Both the position numbers and the translations under genes were made by a program. A DNA stretch of 64,000 nt from an uncultured Thermodesulfobacteriota bacterium (GTDB taxonomy: Bacteria; Desulfobacterota; CAZCTP01): NCBI GenBank assembly GCA_964501575.1, contig CAZCTP010000001.1, positions 21,566 to 85,565 on the forward strand, given 5' to 3'. The notes beneath the pieces were generated by a model. The model saw only the letters and a list, made by a program, of their open reading frames with translations, was not told the origin of the DNA and did no database searches. Of this stretch, positions 32,377 through 40,118 are shown piece after piece (the stretch's first letter is position 1; each line of letters starts with the position of its first letter).

Positions 32377-34659
32377 ATGAATAAATTCTCTATTGTAGGT
32401 AAAGCACTTCCAATGATTGATGCATGGGAAAAGGTTACTGGTAAGGCAAAATATACTGATGATCTTAATCTTCCCATGACCCTTTGCGGGAAGATATTGA
32501 GGAGTCCCTATCCCCATGCAAAGATTTTAAATATTGACATCAGTAAGGCTAAAAAGCTTAAGGGTGTGAAAGCTATAATTACCGGTAAAGATATACCCAA
32601 CAAAAAGTATGGAATTGTCCCAAAGGCTCAGGATGAATACGCACTTGCTATAGATAAGGTAAGATATATTGGAGATGAGGTAGCAGCGGTGGCAGCGGTG
32701 GATGAAGATACAGCTGAAGAAGCAATTGAGCTTATAAGGGTAGATTATGAAATCCTTCCCCCTGTTTTCAACCCCGAAGAGTCTATGAAAGATACTGCCC
32801 CAAGAATACATGAGGGGCTTAAAAATAATATAAGTGCAACGATATGGAAGGAGTTTGGTAATATAGACGAAGGTTTTAAAAATTCGGATTATGTAAGAGA
32901 GGATAAATTTTATAGTCAGGCTGTTGGGCATGCCCCAATGGAGCCTCATACTGCTATGGCATATTATGAAAGCTCTTCTGGAAAGATAACCATCTGGTCT
33001 TCAACTCAGATTCCTTACTTTCTTAGGAGGAATTTATCTACTACATTAAATATTCCAGAAAATAAAATAAGAGTGATAAAGCCCAAGGTTGGAGGTGGGT
33101 TTGGTGGTAAAGTTGATATGTTTACAAAGGATTTTGCAGTATGTTATCTATCTATGAAAACAGGCCAGCCTGTCAAGATAACATATACGAGAGAAGAGTC
33201 TCTAACATGCACAAGACAAAGGCATCCTATGATAATATATGTAAAGACAGGAGTGAAGAAGGATGGGACTGTTATCGCTCAACATTACAGGATAATAGCT
33301 GATGGTGGTGCATATAATAGCACAGCTCCCCTTATTATACTTCTCTCCGCGTTTTTTGCTATGATTCCATATAAGATTCAAAATTTAGTATTTGAAGGCT
33401 ATCATGTTTATACAAATAAACCTGTGGGGGGCGCTATGAGGGGACATGGTATCCCTCAGATAAGATTTGCCTCAGAGACTCAATTGGATATTATAGCAGA
33501 AGAGATAGGTATTGATCCTCTTGATATAAGGCTTAAGAATGCAATTAAAGCAGGAGAGCCTCATCCTGCAAAGATGACTATAAGGAGCTGTGGATTTTCG
33601 GATTCTTTAATAAAAGCTGCAGAATCTATAAGATGGAAAGAGAAGAGAGGAAGACAGAAAGATATAAGTAGAGGAGTAGGTCTTGGATGCTCTGCCTTCC
33701 CATCAGGGGTCAGCAATATGATGCATATAGGCTCTGCTGCCATTGTAAAGATAGGAAGAGATGGGTCTGTCACTCTTCTCACAGGGGCTTCAGATATAGG
33801 TCAGGGGTCAGATAGTGTTCTCGCTCAGATATGCGCAGAGGAGCTGGGGGTTAATTATGAAGATATAAGAGTTACATCTGCTGATACAGAGCTTACACCA
33901 CTCGATCCCGGGACATTTGGAAGTGGTGTAACATTTAGAGCTGGGAATGCTGTAAAGGAGGCTGCTAAGGCTGCAAAAAGGAAAATATTTGAAGTGGTTT
34001 CAGAGAAACTTGAAGCAAATATTGATGACCTTGAGACAAGAAATGGAAGGATATATATTAAAGGAAGTCCAGAAAAGGGTGTATCGTTTGTAGAGGCTTT
34101 GAAATTAGTGCAATATGCGGATAAACCCATGCCTGTTATTGGAAGGGGATTTTATCAGCCACCAGCTAAGGAACCTACTACACTTCTTAAGGAAGATGGA
34201 GATATTTCTGCTGCCTATTCCTTTTCAAGCCAGGCTGCAGAGGTTGAGGTTGATAGAGAAACGGGGGTAGTTAAGGTGCTAAATTTTGTGACATCCCATG
34301 ATTCAGGTAGGTCTATAAATCCAATGGCTCTTGAAGGACAGCTTGAGGGTTCTGTGATATGTGGTATGGGTCAGGCTATTACAGAAGAATTTATAAGGGA
34401 AGATGGTGCTACTTTAAATCCTACCTTTCTTAACTATAAACTTCCTACAGCTATGGAGATTCCTAATATAGATTCTATTCATATAGTATCCAATGATCCT
34501 CTTGGGCCATATGGAGCTAAGGAAGCTGGAGAAGGAACGCAGGTTGCTACTATTCCAGCAATAACCAATGCTATTTCTGATGCAACAGGTATAAGGATAA
34601 AGGAGTTGCCAGTTAATCCTGAAACTATACTTAAAGGTTTAAATAGAAAAGAGGATTAA
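32377..34659 (+). CDS. Xanthine-dehydrogenase-family large subunit, 4-hydroxybenzoyl-CoA reductase alpha (HcrA)-like
   Basis: EKVTGKAKYTDD, GGAMRGHG, TGASDIGQGS, GPYGAKEAGEG. These match HcrA-type signatures (GAMRGHG, GAKEASEG) as I recall them. Confidence 0.8.
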   Translation: MNKFSIVGKALPMIDAWEKVTGKAKYTDDLNLPMTLCGKILRSPYPHAKILNIDISKAKKLKGVKAIITGKDIPNKKYGIVPKAQDEYALAIDKVRYIGDEVAAVAAVDEDTAEEAIELIRVDYEILPPVFNPEESMKDTAPRIHEGLKNNISATIWKEFGNIDEGFKNSDYVREDKFYSQAVGHAPMEPHTAMAYYESSSGKITIWSSTQIPYFLRRNLSTTLNIPENKIRVIKPKVGGGFGGKVDMFTKDFAVCYLSMKTGQPVKITYTREESLTCTRQRHPMIIYVKTGVKKDGTVIAQHYRIIADGGAYNSTAPLIILLSAFFAMIPYKIQNLVFEGYHVYTNKPVGGAMRGHGIPQIRFASETQLDIIAEEIGIDPLDIRLKNAIKAGEPHPAKMTIRSCGFSDSLIKAAESIRWKEKRGRQKDISRGVGLGCSAFPSGVSNMMHIGSAAIVKIGRDGSVTLLTGASDIGQGSDSVLAQICAEELGVNYEDIRVTSADTELTPLDPGTFGSGVTFRAGNAVKEAAKAAKRKIFEVVSEKLEANIDDLETRNGRIYIKGSPEKGVSFVEALKLVQYADKPMPVIGRGFYQPPAKEPTTLLKEDGDISAAYSFSSQAAEVEVDRETGVVKVLNFVTSHDSGRSINPMALEGQLEGSVICGMGQAITEEFIREDGATLNPTFLNYKLPTAMEIPNIDSIHIVSNDPLGPYGAKEAGEGTQVATIPAITNAISDATGIRIKELPVNPETILKGLNRKED

Positions 34660-34662
34660 GCC

Positions 34663-35511
34663 TTGTTGGAGGCAATAGACTTTCATCTTCACCTTATAAA
34701 TATAGAATGGCTTTCTGAAGATATAAGACCAACTTTTGAGAACCTTAATCCTTTTCTATTCAATAATATAAGTATAGTATCCAGTGCATCTAATCTGTGT
34801 AATTATCTTAAAGGAGAAGGTATAAAATACGCTGTCTTTCTCATGTCCTATCATGATTTAATTCCTCTTAATGAGGTATCAAATGAGTTTTTATATAAGT
34901 TCTGTAAAGGTTATGATATGTTAATTCCATTCCTTTCTATAGAACCATGGGCAATAAATATGTCTGGAAGAAGGGGAGAAGATGTTCTTGAGAGATTTGT
35001 TAAAGATATGAATTTTAAGGGATTAAAGCTCCATCCCCCCACAGGTTTTTTCCCTAATGAGGAGTATTTATATCCATTGTATAGAAAAGCAGAAGAATTA
35101 AATATTCCGGTAATGTTTCATATAGGTTCATCCATATTTCCTAATATGAAGCTTAAATACTGCGATCCCATATATTTAGAGGACTTAGCTATTGATTTTC
35201 CAGATCTTACGATTATAATGGCTCATGGAGGAAGGGGAATATATTACAATAAAGCATTTCTCATGGCAAAATTACATGATAATATATATATAGATATATC
35301 TGGATTACCTCCGATAAACCTTTTAAAATATTTTCCAGATCTGGAAGAGATTTCGGATAAAGTTCTTTTTGGTAGTGATTGGCCAAGTATTCCTAAAGGG
35401 ATAAAAGAGAATCTTAAAGTGATTCTCTCTTTGCCTTTAAAAGATTCAACTATAGAGAAGATTCTATTCAAGAATGCAGAGAGACTTATAAATAAACATG
35501 GACTTATTTGA
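34663..35511 (+). CDS. Amidohydrolase_2 family metal-dependent hydrolase/decarboxylase
   Basis: IDFHLH, GLKLHP, VMFHIG, MAHGG, FGSDWP. Confidence 0.9.
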   Translation: MLEAIDFHLHLINIEWLSEDIRPTFENLNPFLFNNISIVSSASNLCNYLKGEGIKYAVFLMSYHDLIPLNEVSNEFLYKFCKGYDMLIPFLSIEPWAINMSGRRGEDVLERFVKDMNFKGLKLHPPTGFFPNEEYLYPLYRKAEELNIPVMFHIGSSIFPNMKLKYCDPIYLEDLAIDFPDLTIIMAHGGRGIYYNKAFLMAKLHDNIYIDISGLPPINLLKYFPDLEEISDKVLFGSDWPSIPKGIKENLKVILSLPLKDSTIEKILFKNAERLINKHGLI

Positions 35512-35589
35512 TAATCTTTTAATAGATTTTAAATTTCTGGACTCGGAAGGAAGAGACTTCATTAACAGGAGGTGAACAGGAGGTGCGGA

Positions 35590-36180
35590 ATGAATAAAGG
35601 TAGGATTATATTTATTATAATTTTATTGATATATATTAGCTCCGGTATTGAGGTTAAAGGAGATGATATATCCAGAAAGGAGTTCTCTATTGATAAAAAG
35701 GATGTTAGAGAAGTATTAAAAGAGAGCACTCTTAAGCTCACAGGGACAGTGGTCGGTGAGGGTATTGATTCCTATGCTATTATTGAAGATGAGGGAAGCG
35801 GTAAAAAAGGAGTTTATAAGGTAGGGGATAAGATTTATGGTATTGGGAGAATTGTGAAGATTATGAGAGATGGGATATTGATCGAGGCTTATGGAATAAA
35901 GAGGATTTTTAAGATTACGAAGGGGAGCAATATAAGCATAAAAGGAGAGGATAGTGCATCTTCCAATAAAGGGGCGGTAGATATCTCTTCTTTTGAACCA
36001 TATGAGAGTGAGACCGGACCTCTCTATGAAGGGGAAGAGAAGGAGTTACCTCCCTTTGAGCCATATGAGAATGAGACCGGACCTCCCTATGAAGGGGAAG
36101 AGAAGGAATTACCCTATTTTGAACCATATAAGAGTGAAACAGGTCCACCTTATAAGGGTGAGGTAAAAACATTACCTTAA
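35590..36180 (+). CDS. Membrane/secreted protein with a GspC(HR)/PilP-like domain and a C-terminal 3x21-aa repeat
   Basis: AGGAGGT RBS before ATG 35590. N-terminal hydrophobic helix. LKLTGTVVG...AIIED...YKVGDKI...IVKIMRDGILI. Confidence 0.6.
   Translation: MNKGRIIFIIILLIYISSGIEVKGDDISRKEFSIDKKDVREVLKESTLKLTGTVVGEGIDSYAIIEDEGSGKKGVYKVGDKIYGIGRIVKIMRDGILIEAYGIKRIFKITKGSNISIKGEDSASSNKGAVDISSFEPYESETGPLYEGEEKELPPFEPYENETGPPYEGEEKELPYFEPYKSETGPPYKGEVKTLP
35992..36180 (+). repeat. Three tandem 63-bp coding repeats (FEPY[E/K][S/N]ETGP[L/P]Y[E/K]GE[E/V]K[E/T]LP)
   Basis: Units start at 35992, 36055 and 36118; the third ends exactly at the stop codon. Confidence 0.95.
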
Positions 36181-36223
36181 TCTTTACTAACTTAACTGTG
36201 TCACCATGTGTATGAACATTTCC
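36170..36223 (+). repeat. 54-bp direct repeat, copy 2
   Basis: 50/54 identical to 16067-16120. Includes the last codons and stop of 35590-36180. Confidence 0.9.
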
Positions 36224-36245
36224 AGAAAGAAAACACTGTTTTTTC

Positions 36246-36275
36246 TTGACAAGAAAACTATGTTATTTTTATATT
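36246..36275 (+). promoter_or_regulatory. Putative sigma70 promoter of the surface-protein genes
   Basis: TTGACA 36246-36251, 18-bp spacer, TATATT 36270-36275. Confidence 0.45.
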
Positions 36276-36416
36276 AAAAAGAGGTTAAATCTTTTGAAAA
36301 GAGGAAAGAAAGAGAAATTCTGGAATTTACAAAAAGCTCTCTATTTTGGATTGATATATGGTAATAGTTATTTTGAGAATCCGGTAATTAAATTTTTTTG
36401 AAAGGAGAATTTTGTT

Positions 36417-37961
36417 ATGTTCAAAGTTAAAGGAAAGGTTTTTGTAATGGCAATTTTGTCTATAGCGATAATGGTAGGCATGGCATGGGCAGGGACGGTT
36501 GATCTTCCAAAAACGGGCCAGACTAAATGTTTTGATATGCTTGGAAATGTAATTGCCTGTCCCAACACAGGTCAGGATGGTGACATCCAGGCAGGAGTTC
36601 CCTGGCCAAGCTTAAGGTTTATATATAATGATGATGGTACAATTACTGATTACCTTACAGGGCTTATGTGGCTCGTGGATGCCAACTGTATCCATAGCCG
36701 GTATCCAGGGTTTGACAATGACATTACAGCAGGTGACGGACAGGTAACATGGCAGCATGCCCTTGATTTTGTGGCGGGCATAAATGCAGGGACATACTCC
36801 AATTGTGGTGCAGGCTACAGCAACTGGCGACTTCCCAATGTGAATGAACTGGAAAGCCTGATAAATGCAGAGAAGCCGAATACAGCCTATTACCTGAACA
36901 TGCAGGGTTTCGATAATGTGCAATGGGATTATTACTGGTCTTCTACTACCTATGCCGGCAGGACGGAGGGCGCCTGGATCCTAAATATGTGGGCCGGCGG
37001 CGTGCGTGTGGACAGTAAAACTGTTGATAATTATGTATGGCCGGTGCGCTCTATACCCCCTGCTTCCCAGCGTGCTCAACTCTGGAGGACGGGGCAGACC
37101 ACAAGCTATTATTCAGGAGATGACGGAGACCAGCAAAGAGGCGTTTTTTGGCCTTCTCCGAGGTTTATAGACAATGGAGATGGAACAGTAACAGATGATC
37201 TTACAGGATTAATGTGGAGTAAGAATAGTAGCCCCCGAGTCGGTTCGCCGTGTAAATCGTCCAATTTATCGTGGCAGGAAGCTCTTGATTATGTAAAATG
37301 TCTGAATACAAAGAATTATCTTGGCTACAGCGACTGGCGCCTTCCAAACAGGAAGGAGTTAAGGAGCCTTATAAATTATGGAAAGGATAATCCAGCCATA
37401 TGGCTTAGCACTCAGGGATTTAGCAATGTGCAGTTGTCGTGGTTCTACTGGTCGTCTACTACTCTTGCAGGCTCTGGCTCAGATCACGCATGGGGCGTTC
37501 CTATGTGGGATGGTGGCGAGTATTCGTACAGAAAGAATTACAAAAAAGGCTATGTCTGGCCGGTCCGTGCCGGGTCATTTGATAGAGTTATGGTAACCGG
37601 GGATTTAGATGGGAATGGGAAGGACGAGGTGATAATAGACTTTGGTTCTGGTTATGGTATATGGATAAGATATAATGACAGCTATTGGTTTAAGCTTCAT
37701 AAACTCAGCCCTGATTCTATGGTAACCGGAGATTTAGATGGTAATGGTAAGGATGAGGTAATAATAGACTTTGGTTCAGATGGAATATGGGTAAGGGATA
37801 ACAATATTAGCTGGGGGAGTCTTATCATCCTAAGCCCTCAATGGATGGTAACCGGGGATGCCGATGGAAATGGGAAGGATGAAGTAATAATAAACTTTGG
37901 CTCTGGTTTTGGGATAATGGTGAGATACAATAATAATACATGGTCAAAGCTTCATGATTGA
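36417..37961 (+). CDS. Secreted protein with two DUF1566 (Lcl C-terminal, C-type-lectin-like) domains and three FG-GAP-like repeats
   Basis: Signal peptide. LPKTGQT, GTITDYLTGLMW, WRLPNVNELESL, YWSSTT, YVWPVR occur twice. Three MVTGDxDGNGKDEVIIxFG repeats. Confidence 0.85.
   Translation: MFKVKGKVFVMAILSIAIMVGMAWAGTVDLPKTGQTKCFDMLGNVIACPNTGQDGDIQAGVPWPSLRFIYNDDGTITDYLTGLMWLVDANCIHSRYPGFDNDITAGDGQVTWQHALDFVAGINAGTYSNCGAGYSNWRLPNVNELESLINAEKPNTAYYLNMQGFDNVQWDYYWSSTTYAGRTEGAWILNMWAGGVRVDSKTVDNYVWPVRSIPPASQRAQLWRTGQTTSYYSGDDGDQQRGVFWPSPRFIDNGDGTVTDDLTGLMWSKNSSPRVGSPCKSSNLSWQEALDYVKCLNTKNYLGYSDWRLPNRKELRSLINYGKDNPAIWLSTQGFSNVQLSWFYWSSTTLAGSGSDHAWGVPMWDGGEYSYRKNYKKGYVWPVRAGSFDRVMVTGDLDGNGKDEVIIDFGSGYGIWIRYNDSYWFKLHKLSPDSMVTGDLDGNGKDEVIIDFGSDGIWVRDNNISWGSLIILSPQWMVTGDADGNGKDEVIINFGSGFGIMVRYNNNTWSKLHD
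37590..37958 (+). repeat. Three 126-129-bp coding repeats (FG-GAP/Ca-binding-like)
   Basis: Units start at 37590, 37719 and 37845; a fourth homologous unit is at 39090-39203 in the next gene. Confidence 0.9.
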
Positions 37962-38049
37962 GGTTTAAACGGGGAAAAGAGAGGAAAGGTGATATCTTAC
38001 ATTGCAAGACAGGGATTTTGCTTTTTAATAATTTATCAGGAGGTGGATT

Positions 38050-39203
38050 ATGGTAAAGAGAAAAGGTTTAAAAAGGCACTGTATGGGTAATTATCTAATT
38101 TTTCTCTTCTCTTTTGTTTTTACCCTTTTAAGTATATGTATACTCCCTTTTACAAGTGCCTCAACCCCATTAGACCGGAAGGAGATAAGTGCAAAGCTCT
38201 CAGGTCTCAGGATGCCCTTCATTGAGAACCGGGGGCAGGTATCAGAGGAGGTGAGTTTTTATGCAAAGACCTTTGGAGGGACACTCTATATAACCAGACA
38301 GGGAGAGCTTGTATATAGCCTGCCGAAGATAGAGCAAAAGGAGAGGACTTCAGCAGATCAGGATGTGAATAGGAGGGGTTCAATAGGCAGGCAGATAACA
38401 GGTGTTGCGGTGATAAGGGAGAGTTTTGTGGGGGCAAAGGTGGTGGAGGTAAAGGGGGAGGAGAGAGCAGAGACAGAGGTGAGTTATTTCAGGGGCAGAG
38501 ATCCGAAGAAGTGGAGGAGCGGTATTCCCACCTATAACACCATAGGGCTGGGAGAGGTATATATGAAGGGATAAGCCTGAGGCTCAAGGCGTATGGGAAT
38601 AATGTGGAGAAGCTATTTTATGTGAGACCCGGGGCAAATCCTGATAAGATAGCCCTTGAAGTAAGAGGGGCAAAGGCATTAAGAGTAGACCAAAAGACAG
38701 GGGGACTTGTGGCAGAGACAGACCTCGGGGATGTCAGGTTCACAAGGCCTGTAGCCTATTATCTTGATGAGCCAGAAAAGAGGATAGAAGTCTCCTACAC
38801 TGTAAAGGAAAACACCTACACCTTTGCCCTATCAAACTATGACAGAGCAAAGACCCTTGTAATAGACCCCCTCCTTGCCTCAACCTTTTTAGGTGGAAGT
38901 GGTAATGAGATTGCCTATGCCCTTGCCCTTGATTCTGCCGGGAATGTCTATGTGACAGGGTGGACTTCTTCAATATACTTTCCGACAACCCCGGGGGCAT
39001 ATGATAAGATTTATAATGGTAATGTTGATGTATTTGTCTCAAAGCTTGATGGAAACCTGTCAGCCTATTATAAAGTCTACTTCAGGATTATAACAACCGG
39101 GGATATGGATGGGAATGGTAAAGACGAGGTGATAGTAAATTTTGACCCTGGTTATGGAATAAGGTATAATAATAACACGTGGATTTATCTTATCGGAAAA
39201 TAG
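38050..39203 (+). pseudogene. SBBP (beta-propeller) repeat surface protein, frameshifted at a (TA)n tract and apparently shortened
   Basis: Removing one AT from TATATAT (38558-38564) fuses the two ORFs: GEVYEGISLRLKAYGNNVEKLFYV. Motifs FIENRGQV, LVIDP, STFLGGSGNEIAYALALDSAGNVYVTG. Confidence 0.8.
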
Positions 39204-39207
39204 TATG

Positions 39208-39235
39208 TTGACATAAAGAATTAAAGTAGTATAAT
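39208..39235 (+). promoter_or_regulatory. Near-consensus sigma70 promoter
   Basis: TTGACA 39208-39213, 16-bp spacer, TATAAT 39230-39235. Confidence 0.65.
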
Positions 39236-39370
39236 TTAAATTTAGTCTGAACATTTTAGTATACAGGAGTTGAATCGGTTGTTTGGATTCAGCCCTGTGA
39301 ATATTTAATTAATTACAATAGAATAGATTTTTATAATTGTTCAGGAAATTTAGATAAAAGGAGGAGAGAT

Positions 39371-39814
39371 ATGGAGAAAAAGATGGAGAATTTTGTACTT
39401 GATTTAATGAAAAATCATAATATTTTGACCTTGGCTACCTTACGGGATGATGGATATCCCCAGGCTAATACCGTTACATATGCAAATGATGGTCTTACTA
39501 TCTATTTTAGTACTGCACAGAATAGTCAAAAAGTAAAGAATATTAAGAATTCCAATAAAGTATCTTTAACAATTGATAGAGATTATGAAGATTGGAATAA
39601 GATTAAAGGGCTTTCTATGGCAGCTACTGCTGAAATTCTTACAGATCCCGATGAAATTAAAAAGGGTATGAATTGTCTTGTAAAGAAATTTCCATTCTTA
39701 GCAAAGATGCCGGAGCCTGATGAGCCTATGGTAGTGGTAAAACTCACTCCCAAGGTTATTTCAGTTCTTAATTATGAGATGGGATTTGGACATAGCCACC
39801 TCATTGAGGTTTAA
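39371..39814 (+). CDS. Pyridoxamine 5'-phosphate oxidase-like FMN-binding protein
   Basis: LTLATLRDDGYPQA, IYFST...SQKVKNIKNSNKVSLTID (split-barrel flavin-binding fold). Confidence 0.85.
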   Translation: MEKKMENFVLDLMKNHNILTLATLRDDGYPQANTVTYANDGLTIYFSTAQNSQKVKNIKNSNKVSLTIDRDYEDWNKIKGLSMAATAEILTDPDEIKKGMNCLVKKFPFLAKMPEPDEPMVVVKLTPKVISVLNYEMGFGHSHLIEV

Positions 39815-39870
39815 GAAATAGGACCATCTCTGTATTTTATTAATAAAAAAGATATGATCTTTGTTTTTTG

Positions 39871-39904
39871 ATACAGGGTTTCATAGATCTGTGAAACCCT
39901 GTAT
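39871..39904. terminator. 13-bp perfect inverted repeat, possible terminator
   Basis: ATACAGGGTTTCA / TGAAACCCTGTAT with an 8-nt loop; only a weak T-tract follows. Confidence 0.45.
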
Positions 39905-40118
39905 ATTTTGAATAAAATTCTGATATAAAAAGGTTATTATTGCGCCCCCGATTACAATCGGGAGGAAGCGGAGCGCTCTTGCCTTTTCCGATGATATTAC
40001 CACTAACCTTCGAATTCTTATAATAACATAGTATATAAGCCTTTGTAAATTTTAAATCAAAATGTGGAATTGATTTATTTCTTTTACTATCCATAAAAAT
40101 CTTATATAATATATTATC

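Noticed and set aside
35992-36180. CRISPR array
   Set aside because: These are contiguous 63-bp in-frame coding repeats without unique spacers, and no cas genes are present.
36417-39203. Complete diversity-generating retroelement
   Set aside because: No reverse transcriptase, Avd or adenine-only-mismatch template repeat was found in the window; kept only as a possible remote target.
39940-40118. glmS ribozyme or cobalamin riboswitch
   Set aside because: The conserved cores are absent (GACGAGG...TATCGAA for glmS; GGGAA...GCCCCCGCnACTGTAA for cobalamin), and it precedes glmU rather than glmS.
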